This document shows, piece by piece, positions 1 through 11,875 of a stretch of DNA of 64,000 nucleotides (positions are counted from its first letter, which is position 1; each line of letters begins with the position of its first letter). The DNA comes from Octopus sinensis. Its lineage: Eukaryota. A model generated the notes under the pieces. The model worked only from the letters and a program-made list of their open reading frames with translations. It searched no databases and was not told the DNA's origin. The DNA is taken from positions 71,176,001-71,240,000 of the forward strand of contig NC_043006.1 of assembly GCF_006345805.1 (NCBI RefSeq), written 5' to 3'. The position numbers were made by a program, and so were the translations under genes.

Positions 1-54
1 AGCTGAAAGTATTATTTAGCTGCAAGAAGGGAAAATGTAAGACCTTCTGTATTT

Positions 55-96
<42 letters not shown>

Positions 97-307
97 CTGT
101 TTGTATGTGTGCATGTATATGAGTGTAAGGATCTTTTCATTTTGAAGGCCAGATTTTCCTAGTTAACTAAACAATTTGAAAATGTAAAGACCTTCTGTAT
201 TTACGTGTGGTGTGTGTGTGTGTGTGTGTGTGGTGTGTGTGTGTGTGTGTGTATGTGTGTGTGTGTGTGTGTGCCTGTTTGTATGTGTGCATGTATATGA
301 GTTGTAA

Positions 308-1321
308 GGATCTTTTCATTTTGAAGGCCAGATTTTCCTAGTTAACTAAACAATTTGAAACTTCGTATACTGGTAGAGTGTGTCAAAAGAAAACATTATT
401 GTAAACAAAATTGAAAACAAAATTGTAATTCGTAACTTAAACGTAGTTTAAATCTAAGAATTTTAACCAATGAAATCGCAGCATTCGAGCTCAAATTATT
501 TACCTCTCTTCTGTCTTCTACACGTGCTAGAAATAACAGCTATATCTTTAATCGATTAATTTCGTCGCCCAATAAAAATATTAACGATATTTTTTGAATA
601 TTTTCTTTATTTTTTTTTTACCGAAAAGGCTTCTCCCACGGTTTTGAAGGGCCAGAAGCAACAAAAACAAAACAATAATATGCCTAAATCGGTCTCGAGT
701 TTGCGCGTGGAGTGTGAGTAGTATTGTAAAAATTTGCGAAATATTTTTTCATAAAAGGATGCCCCCAGCTTGTCGGAAGCTGTGATATAAATTGGGAAAA
801 AATCCTTGACACCAGTGCGTAATTGGTACTTAATTTATCGACCCCGAAACGATGAAACATTGACCCCACCCTTCTGGTTTATTTACCTTTTGTGCAAATT
901 TGTTGCGGCAAGTGGCAAAACACGAACGTGTAATGTATGCTTGTGTGCGTATGTGTGTGTATGTATATGTCCGTTTGTATGTGTGTGTACGCTTATATAT
1001 TAATTACTATGTGCTTGTGCAAATGTATATGCATGTGTTTGAGAGAGAGAGTGTGTGTGTGTGTGTGTGTCGTGCGTCTGCTATATTTCTTTATCAATAT
1101 CGATAACGCAGCAATGCTGGGATTTCATTGGTTAAAATTCGAAGATGTTGGGATTTCATTGGTTAAAATTCTTAAAATTAAACTACGTTTAAGTTACGAA
1201 TTACAATTTTGTTTTCAATTTTGTTTACAATAATGTTTTCTTTTGACACATTCTACCAGTATACGAAGTTTCAAATTGTTTAGTTAACTAGGAAAATCTG
1301 GCCTTCAAAATGAAAAGATCC
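308..1321. mobile_element. Non-autonomous DNA transposon with ~180-bp TIRs (Merlin/MULE-like)
   Basis: 308-486 is the near-perfect reverse complement of ~1111-1321. Termini are GGATC...GATCC. GAGTGTAA follows the right end (1322-1329) and precedes the duplicated left end (121-128), consistent with an 8-bp TSD. Confidence 0.75.
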
Positions 1322-1465
1322 GAGTGTAAATATAATACATATGAAAAGGTTCCGCACGAGTCGTTCCAAGCCTATATATAAATATCATTAAATGTCAAAA
1401 TTATAATGATATATTCTAAATTGTGTGTGTGTGTGTGTATATTAATATCTGTACACCACTGCAAA

Positions 1466-1500
<35 letters not shown>

Positions 1501-1502
<2 letters not shown>

Positions 1503-1890
1503 TTTTATCCATTTAGTTTTTTGCTGGTTCTTCGATTGTGACCATAATGGAGCACCGCCCTGAACGGTTTTGTAGAGCATATTGACCCCCATCCACCAAT
1601 AATAAATTTTTTCAACTTGGTGCTTATTTAATCCATGCCTATTTGTCGAACGTCTATGTTGCAGTACATCAACAACATCACTGATTTTAGGCGGTTTAAA
1701 TGTAAACACATTTACACGTGCTCTCCCTCCCTCTCCTTCTGTTACTGCTTCTGTCAACAAAATTTCACTCGAGGCATCAATCAACTCGAGGTCATAGAAT
1801 ACTCTAGCCCAAGGTGCTACGCAGTGGGACGGAACCCAGTATCTCATGGTTATGAAGCGAACATTTTAACCATACAGCCATACCTGTGTT
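1501..1890 (-). mobile_element. tRNA-derived SINE, group A (diverged copy)
   Basis: Shares motifs (ggagcaccgcc, cccaaggtgc.acgcagtgggac.gaaccc) with copies at 3381-3764 and 9885-10263. Confidence 0.65.
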
Positions 1891-2029
1891 CCTGTTACCG
1901 ATAGTTTTTTTTTTTTTAGAATCCCTAGCTCAGTGTCAGTAACTACTATTCTTTGCTTATTGGATTGTGAGTTCAAATCTAGCCGTACAGACTATTCCTT
2001 GATCTGAAGATAAAGACGGAAAATGACAT

Positions 2030-2185
2030 TTCGTTCGTCTATACGTTCTGAGTTCAAATTCCACCGAGTTCGATTTTGCCTTTCATCCTTTCGGAGTCGG
2101 TGAAATAAGTAGCAGTTGAGCTTTGAGCCTTTGCAGTCAAGTAGCCTCCTTCAGGCCTTGTGCATATATATTAGAAAAGATTATT
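2030..2185 (+). mobile_element. SINE group B fragment (Meta-domain-like core)
   Basis: gttctgagttcaaattcc (B box) followed by gcctttcatcctttcgg.gtcg. Confidence 0.7.
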
Positions 2186-3380
2186 TATATCACGATTGCA
2201 GCTGTGAAGACATAGGTTAGCCATTTAGAAACAAAAAGACCGTAAAATTCACTTAAACATTTATTTTAACTAGCTTAAAAGCTGCACTCCATGCGAACTT
2301 TTAACCTAGCTCATGTGGAAGGCTAATTGGTCCTGCACCCCAACACTAAAGAGAGCTAAATACCATGACTGCAATCCGTCTATAATGGCTATATGCCCCG
2401 GTGGTGTTTGATCAGAAGTTAAGGACGGATGAGAAATAACTCTGTAATGTAATCTTCCTATTGTTCCAGTCTCAAGTTGGATTCCAACTGTTGGCCAATT
2501 TGTACCAAGGTTTTTATTTCGAAGTAAAATTAACGAAACGAATGTCACTTATTTCCCCCTTGATCTCTGACGTCATCTGACAAACGCCAGCATGAATCAG
2601 CCAAGATTTACTTGCTAGAAATTGCAACCCAAATACTTTTAAATCAGATCCCAATGCTGGATATTCAAGAACCAAATGAAGGGCAGATTTGCAATTCCGG
2701 AATAATCCTGATTCCAAAAGGATATAAGATGCCTATGTAGAGCAAATATAGATTGAGATACAGGGGACCCAGACGGACAGACAGAATTTCGCTTTTATTA
2801 TTATAGATATACAGTCAAAATGTATGTTTCTCGAAACTGCGACTTGTTCCCTGATAAAAAATTGTGCAGCACAATTTTTCTTTTTAGTCAATGAACAGGA
2901 TGTAGTTTCGAGCGACGAAATTTTGACAGCGTATAACAAATAAACGTTTTAGTTGACGATCTTTTCAAAGACTGCTCGGATTCGCTTGTTACTATGGCAA
3001 CAGGCACGTTGAAAGACAAAAGAGTTCTCATGTTCCGCTTCTTACTATCGAAACAGTCATAAATGCGTCTCTGGCTTACGATTGGCTAAAATTACCAAAA
3101 TTTTCAAAAATCAATTACTAATAACTCTTTATTTATTGATTTATAGGGAAAATTACCTTCACGTCATTAATTAGTCTATAAAAGTGTATCATTACGCTGA
3201 ATTTGAAATCAATTCGAACAGAAAATTGACGCTGGCAGCCGCTGGCAACCAAACAGAAATCATCCGAGTGCTCTTTTTTTCTTTCGTTTGTATATCTATA
3301 TATGCATGTATATGTGTGTGTGTGTGCGTGTGCGTGTGTATGTATGTGTGTGCACACATATATATATATGCATGTGTATA

Positions 3381-3764
3381 TTCTTTTATTCTTTTACTTG
3401 TTTCAGTCATGCTGGAGCACCGCCTTTAGTCGAACAAACAACTCCAGGACTTATTCTTTGTAAGCCTAGTACTTATTCTATCGATCTCGTTTGCCGAACC
3501 ACTAAGTTACTGTACGTAAATACACCTACATCGGTTGTCAAGCGATGGTGGAGGGACAAACACAGACACACAAATACATACACACACACACATATATATA
3601 TATACGACAGACTTCTTTCAGTTTCCATCTACCAAATCCACTCACAAGGCTTTGGTCGGCCCGAGGCTTTGAAGAAATTTGACCAAGGTGCCACGCAGTG
3701 GGACTGAACCCGGAACCATGTGGTTAGGAAGCAAGCTACTTACCACACAGCTTCTCCTGCGCCT
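3381..3764 (-). mobile_element. tRNA-derived SINE, group A, near full length
   Basis: Minus strand starts aggcgcaggagaagctgtgtggtaag...ggttcagtcc (A/B boxes), has an internal (TG)n and an AAAAGAAT-type tail; about 10 copies in the window. Confidence 0.85.
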
Positions 3765-3864
3765 ATATGAATATATATATATATGTGTACACACACACAC
3801 ACACACACACACATAGAGAGCATATATGTTTTCGTAAATATGTGTACATAGCTAAAATATTATA

Positions 3865-5132
3865 AGGATGATGATGATAATGATGTCAATAACGATCATC
3901 AAAGTGACAATAACAATGATGATGATGATAATAGTGGTTGTTGCTGTTGTTGTTGTCGGTGGTGGTGGTGGTGGTGATGTTAAAGAAGCAGTCAGAAGAA
4001 GAATAAGAAGGAGGAGGAGGGGTGTAAGAAGAAAGAAGAGAAACGATAAGATGGAAGAAAAAGAATAAGACGGAAAGATGGAAGGAGGGAGTAGAGGAGG
4101 AGGAGGAGCAAGAAGAAGAAAGAAGAAGAAGAAGAAGAAGAAGAAGAAGAAGAAAAAGATGACTAAGGCGGGAGATTTGGCCACGTGTAATCGTTTCTTA
4201 TCTGTAACTCTGCTTCGTTTGTGTATTGTCAATCCGATTAAATAAGATGCAGTCCTTGCTTGCTCTCTGCGTAAACCGAAACCTTACCAGTCATATCTGC
4301 ACCGCAGAGCCCTAACACCGTACAGATTACATTATCAACGGATAATGAGGCAACCCATCTCTTGCCTCCTCTTCCTTTTTCCTCCTCCTCTTCCTCCTCC
4401 TCCTCACCATGTTCATCATCATCATCATCATCTTCATCATCTTCATCATCATCGTCGTCGTCGTCGTTATCGTTGTCATCATCATCATCATCATCATCAT
4501 CGTCGTCATCGTCATCGTCGTCGTCACCATAACAACAACAGCAACAACAATAATCATCATGTGCTCTCCCTGTTGTAGTAACAGTAGCGGTAGCGGTGGC
4601 AGTAATAATAGTGTTGGTTGTAGTGTTGAACGTGGTAGAAGTAGTAGAAGTGCGTATTAGAGTGGCGGTGGTGGTGGCGGTGGCTGTGGTTTTGGTGTTG
4701 TTGTTGGTGGTGGTGATGGTAGTAATGGTTGTAGTAGTAATAGTAGCAATGGTGGTGGCGGTAGTGGTGCTACAAGGAATATCATTGCTTGTGGTTGTTG
4801 TTCTGACAGAGATGGCGGCGGTAGTGGTAGAAGTGGTTCTTGTGGTGGGGCAGTATTGGTAGTAGTTGTGGTGGAGTCTTTGTTGGTGGCTGTGTTGCTT
4901 GTCGTAGTGGCGTTCTTTGTTATGATAGTGTTGATGGAAGTAGTAGTAGTAGCAGCAGCAGCAGTGGTGGTGGTGGGGATGATGGTAATGGTACAAGCGG
5001 CTCTTGTATATATTGTAGTGCTGCTGGTTTCATGGTGATGGTAGTAGCAACATAAGCTGCAGTAGTAGTGGTAGTAGTAGTAGTAGTAGTAGTAGCAGCA
5101 GCAGTAGTTGTAGAAGCTTTAGTAGTAGTAGC

Positions 5133-5167
<35 letters not shown>

Positions 5168-5369
5168 GAGTAGTAGTAGTAGCTGTAGTAGAAGCAGCAG
5201 CAGTAGTAGTAGCAGTAGTAGCTGTAGTAGTAGTAGTGGTAGCTGTAGTAGAAGTTTGAGTAACTGTAGTAGTTAGCGTTGTAGTAGTAGTAGTACTAAG
5301 TGTTGTAGTAGAAATAGTAGTAATAGTAATAGTGGTAGGAGTAGTAGTAGGAGTAGAAATAGTAGTAGT

Positions 5370-5431
<62 letters not shown>

Positions 5432-5605
5432 AAGAAGAAGTAGCAGTAGTAGCTGTAATAGTAATAGTAGCAGCAATAGCAGTGATAACGGTAGTCACTG
5501 ATGGTGTTTATGTTTGTTTGTTACATTGTTTATTTATATTGTCGTTGTTGCTTGCTGTCATTGTCATCGTCCTGTTGTTGTTGTTGTTGTTGTTGTTGTT
5601 ATTGT
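3865..5605. repeat. Compound trinucleotide low-complexity region (GAT/GAA/CAT/GGT/GTA/GCA)
   Basis: Seen directly; source of the poly-D/T/V pseudo-ORFs. Confidence 0.95.
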
Positions 5606-5919
5606 GACTATGTTTGATATCATGTTGATTTATTTGTGTTTTTGTATTTTAATTTATTTATTGTTTTCATTATCGTTATGCGTTCACAGTTCATAAGTTG
5701 ACATGTGTCGTTCTGTCTTCGGCAAATTCAAGGTTTTGGTCATGGCGGAAAGAAGAAGGGAGGACGTATATTGTGTATTTTATATCATATTATGTGTCTG
5801 TTTGTCTTTCTCTGTCCGGTGCACTTTCTAATGTTTGTTGTTGTTGTTGTTGTTGTTGCTGTTGTTGTGACTGGGCGCGTTTCCTTTTCTGCACTTCGTG
5901 TATTTCAAAAATTACATCC

Positions 5920-5960
<41 letters not shown>

Positions 5961-5964
5961 CATA

Positions 5965-5997
<33 letters not shown>

Positions 5998-6118
5998 CAC
6001 ACACACTTGTGTGTCAGTGTGTGTGTGTGGTTCAAATTTGCACAAAAAGCAAAAGACAGAGACAGGTCGAGGAACAAGCAAGGTGTACTAGTTTGACGCT
6101 TAGGAAATATGGAAGAGT

Positions 6119-6154
6119 TTTTGACGTTTCGTACCTACGCTCTTCTACAGAAAA
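6119..6154 (-). ncRNA. Minimal hammerhead-ribozyme-like motif (Penelope pLTR type), stem II damaged
   Basis: Minus strand reads TTTT-CTGTAGA-A-GAGC-GTAG-GTAC-GAA-ACGT-C-AAAA. Confidence 0.6.
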
Positions 6155-6290
6155 GAATGAGATACAACAGATAGAGAGAGAGAAAAAAACGTCTGTGGAC
6201 TGATGTTGCACATGTTAAAATGCATGTGTATGCCTGTATGCGTGTATGTATGTATATACATATATATATACATATGTATATATACATACA

Positions 6291-6500
6291 TGGGGTCGCG
6301 TGACTTAGTGGTTAGGGTGTCAGCATCATGATCGTAAGATTGTAGTTTCGGGCGACGCGTTGTGTTCTTGAGCAAAACACTTCATTACACGTTGCTCCAG
6401 TTCACTCAGCTGGCAAAAATGAGTAGCGCTGCGATGGACTGGCGTCCCGTCCAGCTGGGGAACTCATACGCCGCCATTGAAACCGGAAACCGGGCCTATA
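6291..6500 (+). mobile_element. SINE group C with V-domain-like body
   Basis: tRNA-like head, ttgagcaaaacactt core and gcgatggactggcgtcccgtccag; second copy at 13600-13835 (-). Confidence 0.75.
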
Positions 6501-6632
6501 GCGTGGCACCTTGGCAAGTGTCTCAACTATAGCATAGCATCGGGCCGACCAAAGCCTTGTGAGTGGATTGGTAGACGGAAACCGAAAGAAGCCCGTCGGA
6601 TATATGTATACACACACACACACACACACACC

Positions 6633-6677
<45 letters not shown>

Positions 6678-6943
6678 ATATTATATATATATTATATATA
6701 TATATATATATATGTGAGTGTTTGTGTATGTGTTTCTGTGACTGTGTTTGTCCACTCCAACATCGCTTGACATCCGATGTTGGTGTGTTTACGTCCCCAT
6801 AACTTAGCGGTTCGGCAAAAGAGACCGATAGAATAAGTACTAGGCTTCCAAAGAATAAGTCCTGGAGTCGATTTGCCCGACTAAAAGCGTTGCTCCAGCA
6901 TGGCCACAGTAACATGACTGAAACAAGTAAATGAGTAAAAGAG
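6501..6943 (+). mobile_element. SINE group A, 5'-truncated, joined directly to the group C copy
   Basis: gcgtggcaccttggcaagtgtct...gactgaaacaagtaaa. Confidence 0.8.
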
Positions 6944-7215
6944 ATACATGCATATACACACATACACACGTATATATATGCATATGTATATATATCTATA
7001 TCTATAAAAATATTGTTTTCCAATCAGTTAAGATCAGAAGCCATGAGAGCCACTGCCTGGTACTGCATCAAGGCATTTCTTCTTCTTCTTCTTCTTCTTC
7101 TTCTTCTTCTTCTTCTTCTTCTTCTTCTTCTTCTTCTCTCCTCCTCCTCCTCCTCCTCCTCCCCTCCTCCTCTCCCCCTCCTCCTTCAGCTCCTCTTCCT
7201 CCTCATCATCATTAT

Positions 7216-7743
7216 TGAATGAGAGAGCAGTGCATGTAATCAAAGTGACACTGGGGTAAAATATACGAAGCCCAGTATACCCATCATGACTACCCATCTG
7301 ATAAGGGCACACCAAGCACATGCACCACAACCAAATGTGCCCGACATTTATCAAGATAAATAGCACATGACCTTGCAGGTGGGGCCTAGTTAGAATTTTC
7401 TTCTGGTCGAAAGGCCCCCGAATAAGGATTGTTTAAGGATGTTGAAGGGACCACCCATGTTTCCAAATGTGAATTATCCAGACCTCCAAGAATTCCTTTC
7501 AACACACGGTTATGATGCTCTCCTACTATTTCTGCTTGTGATCAGAGATGCACATATCGTCATCCACTAAGGGACATGCTCATCTAGTTAATGTCAAATA
7601 ACTGATAAGCAAATCTGTGGTATTGAGCAGAATATTTGCTGTAGCCCATCTTTTATACCAAGACAAAACAATGTACATGATAACACTTCCAATCAGTTAA
7701 GATCAGAAACCATCAGATCCACTGCCTGGTACTGCATCAGGAC

Positions 7744-7746
<3 letters not shown>
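7216..7746 (-). mobile_element. ~550-bp unclassified interspersed element embedded in (TAA)n
   Basis: Reverse complement of 17761-18316; a partial extra copy of one end lies at 7019-7077. Strand was assigned arbitrarily relative to the 17.8-kb copy. Confidence 0.75.
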
Positions 7747-7804
<58 letters not shown>

Positions 7805-8296
7805 GTTATTGTTATTGTTATTGTTGTTGTTGTTGTTGTTGTTGTTGTGTTGTTGTTGTTGTTGTTATTATTGTTATTGTTATTGTTATTATTGTTGTTG
7901 TTGTTGGTACTGAATGCGATGACGTATTTAGTTTCGTCTATAGAGTTGATTTCCTCTTTCATGTTTCAGTTGTGATTATTGTTGTTTACATGTTGTTGTT
8001 TCTGCTATTGTTGCAGTTGTTACTCTTCCATTCTATTGATGCCAACAACAGCTGTCATTCTAACAACAACACCTGTCACAATAAAAAGCAAAAAAACAAA
8101 CAAAACAAAACATCGTGGCAACAACACCATTTGCCACAGACACAACAACAGATGCTACAACAACAACAACAACAACTTTGGTAACAACACCAACAATCAC
8201 AACAGCTGTTACAATAACAACTACACGCCACGTTTACAACTAAAACCACCGCCACCACAAAGACTACAACAGCTGCCGACACAATAACAATTGTCA

Positions 8297-8364
<68 letters not shown>

Positions 8365-8608
8365 TCCACCACCACCACCTCCGCCACCACCATCACCACC
8401 ACTATAACAAAGAGCAAAAATAACAACAGACATTATAGTAAGATATCAACAGCAATAGGAAACCACAATAACACAACCCTACCATCACCACCATCACCAT
8501 AACCACCGCCGCTTCCGTCGATACTCCCGCTCCCCACCCCTATGCTGCCGCTACCACCACTGCAACCATTTCCACGTTGAGGATAAAGGTGATGATAGTA
8601 ATGATGAC

Positions 8609-8669
<61 letters not shown>

Positions 8670-9412
8670 GTGATGGTGATGATGATGATGATGATGATGA
8701 TGACTATGATGATGATTATGATGACTATGATGATGATGACGACGACGATGATGTTGATGATGATAATGATAACGATAGTGGTGGTGGTGGTAGTGATGAT
8801 GATGATGATGATGATGATGATGGTGGTGGTGATGATCATGATGACGACGATGATGGGGGTGGTGATGGTGATGATGATGTTCAACATTATCGTCCTTGTC
8901 CTTGACTTTGTCATTGCCGTCGCTGTCATGACAGTCATCATAACCATTGTCATCATCATTTCATCGTAATGCTCTCCCCCTTCTTCCGTGTCATCCCCGT
9001 TGTCATCAGTTCCAGCAGCAGTAGTACTACCACCCCAACCACCGTCCCCATCTCACCTCCGCCTCCACCTCCGCCTTCACGTCCACCTCCTCATCATCAC
9101 CATTGTTGCCATCATCACACGATCGTCGCCGTCGTCATTATCATCGTTATCATCATCGTCATCATCGTCATCGTTATCATTATCATCACTTTCATCGTTA
9201 TCATCGTCGTCATCAACATCGTCACCATCATCATCATCATCATCATCACCTTCATCGTCCTCATCGTCATCATCATCGTCATCGACGTCATCATAATCAT
9301 CATTATCATCACCATCATCGTCATCATCGTCTTCATCGTCGTCTTCGTCGTCGTCTTCGTCGTCGTCTTCGTCGTCGTCTTCGTCGTCATCATCATCATC
9401 ATCATCATCATG
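7747..9412. repeat. Compound trinucleotide arrays (TTA/GTT/CAA/CTA/GAT/CAT)
   Basis: Seen directly. Confidence 0.95.
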
Positions 9413-9644
9413 ATGCTGTGATTATCTCCCGCATTATTAGATGGTCAAAGATCACAGACCGCCAGTTGTGCTGGAAGGCGGGAAAATACGACAGATTTCT
9501 GAGGCAGACATTATAGAGGCTTCTCCACGATGTTCTTTTGTATAGTGATACATGCACACACACACGCACGCGCGCGCGCACACACACACGCACGCGCGCG
9601 CGCGCACACACACACGCACGCGCGCGCGCGCACACACACACACA

Positions 9645-9682
<38 letters not shown>

Positions 9683-9884
9683 CACATATACATGCAATTA
9701 TATGCGTAGACACTCGTACACACAGTTACAGGTTAAAGCACAAATACACACAACATACATTCACACACTCATACAACATGCGCAGAGCCAAATGCAAATA
9801 CATAGAAACAACTATATACACATACACCCACACACCCACACACACACATATGCATATATATGTATATGTATGTGTATATATATA

Positions 9885-10263
9885 TTCTTTTATTCTTTTG
9901 TTTGTTTCAGTCAGTTGACTGCGGCCATACTGGAGCACTGTCTGTAGTCGATCAAATCGACCCCTGGACTTATTCTTTGTAAGCCTAGTACTTATTCTAT
10001 CGGTCTCTTTTTGTCGAACCGCTAAGTTACGGGGACGTAAATAAACCAGCATCGGCAATGGTTGGGGGACAAACACACACACATACAGACACATATATAC
10101 GACGGGCTTCTTTCAGTTTCCGTCTACCAAATCCACTCACAAGGCTTTGGTCGGCCCGAGGCTATAGTAGAAGACACTTGCCCAAGGTGCCACGCAGTGG
10201 GACTGAACCCGGAACCATGTAGTTGGTGAGCAAGCTACTCACCACACAGCCGCTCCTGCGCCT
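9885..10263 (-). mobile_element. SINE group A, full length, little diverged
   Basis: High similarity to 3381-3764 and 35845-36213. Confidence 0.9.
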
Positions 10264-10491
10264 ATATATATATATATATATTATATATATATATATATAT
10301 AATATATATATTATATATATATATATATATTATTACGTAATTATAATTAAGGTCAGCTAACTGCTTCACCACATACCGAAATTAGAAATAGGTGTTAAAA
10401 ATCCCCTTTCTGCAAGAGAAAACACAACAACGCGAGGACGTGGAACAAGTTTAGCATTATTGGACGCTCAGGAAAGAAGGAAAGAAGGAGG

Positions 10492-10526
10492 GTTTAACGT
10501 TTTGAGCGGAGCTCTTCGACAGAAAC
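10492..10526 (-). ncRNA. Minimal hammerhead-ribozyme-like motif, G12A decayed
   Basis: Minus strand reads GTTT-CTGTCGA-A-GAGC-TCC-GCTC-AAA-ACGT-T-AAAC; lies in a (TA)n-flanked island (~10330-10570). Confidence 0.6.
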
Positions 10527-10569
10527 ATAGGAAAAGGAAAGATCCAAGAAGGGAAGACGGAGAAGAAAT

Positions 10570-10660
<91 letters not shown>

Positions 10661-10674
10661 ATATATATATATGG

Positions 10675-11008
10675 GATTGGTGTATGGGTCAGTAGTTAGA
10701 GCGTCGAGCTTACGAGCGTGAGGTTGTAAGTTCGACTCCCGGACCAGGTAGCGTGCTGTGTTCTTGAGCAAGGCACTTTATTTCACGTTGCTCCAGTTAA
10801 CTCAGCTGTAGAAATAAGTTGCAACATCACTGGTGGCAAGCTTTATCGGCCTTTACCTTTCCCTTAGATAACATCAGTGGTGTGGAGAGGGGAAGCTGGT
10901 ATGCATGGGCAGCTGCTGTCCTTCCATAAACAACCTTGCCTGGACTTATGCCTCGGAGGGTAACTTTCTAGGTGCATTCCCATGGTCATTCATTACCGAA
11001 GGGGGTCT
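10675..11008 (+). mobile_element. SINE group C (second body type)
   Basis: agttcgactccc B box and ttgagcaaggcacttt core; body shared with 22308-22638, 35520-35823 and 59680-59965. Confidence 0.8.
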
Positions 11009-11401
11009 CCTATATATATATATATGTTATCAATAGATCAATTGAGCACATCTATCAGTAACGTATGACTATAATGACTGCAGGAAACAGCTGTAATCCA
11101 AATTTACTCTAATAATGGAAAAATAAGTAGTGACCATTATTTATACCTCGTCTTATACAACACCCTGTGTAAAAACCAGTTTGTCTGGAGCCCATCCACG
11201 GGTTTTGCAATATAGAATAGCGATGAACCATAACTTTGGACCCTGCCATAAGAATACTTGAAGTCCGTCACTAATTTAAACAATATTGTTAGGCTGGTGT
11301 GCTAACAAAGAGCTTATGAAGTATTTTGCTCTGATTGATGATCCCTCACTTTTGGAGGCAGTGACAAGTGATCAAGACCTTTGACAATATACCGTGCTTG
11401 A

Positions 11402-11580
11402 AAGGCGGCGAGCTGGCAGAAACGTTAGCACGCTGGGCGAAATGCTTAGCGGTATTTCGTCTGCCGTTATGTTCTGAGTTCAAATTCCGCCGAGGTCGAC
11501 TTTGCCTTTCATCCTTTCGGGGTCGATAAATTAAGTACCAGTTACACACTGGGGTCGATATAATCGACTTAATCTATTTG
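11402..11580 (+). mobile_element. SINE group B (Meta-domain-like)
   Basis: aaggcggcgagctggcagaa...gagttcaaattccgcc...gcctttcatcctttcggggtcgataaattaagtacc. Confidence 0.85.
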
Positions 11581-11814
11581 TCATATTGGAGCTTTCGATG
11601 CGAATGCCAAGCAGCGCAGCATATCATTTCGAAGTTTCTGGCAGAATGAATTGCATCATAGTGCTGTTTTTCTCAGAGACGGTGCCCAACTGACCCTACT
11701 ATACCGGGGGGTGTACAAAATCAAAAACAAACATTGCGCATGCGCGAAATTAAAAATACAAAATAGCGACAATTCACCCATCGTACCCTGTATATACATA
11801 CATACATACATACA

Positions 11815-11847
<33 letters not shown>

Positions 11848-11875
11848 CTATCTATCTATCTATCTATATATTTAT

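Noticed and set aside
31-360. Tandem duplication of the TIR start and its flank
   Set aside because: Near-identical copies spanning a (TG)n tract with small indels; most likely an assembly or haplotype artefact.
2730-2807. Possible Helitron 5' end on the minus strand (A|TCTATAATAATAAAAGCG)
   Set aside because: No matching CTAG/hairpin 3' end identified.
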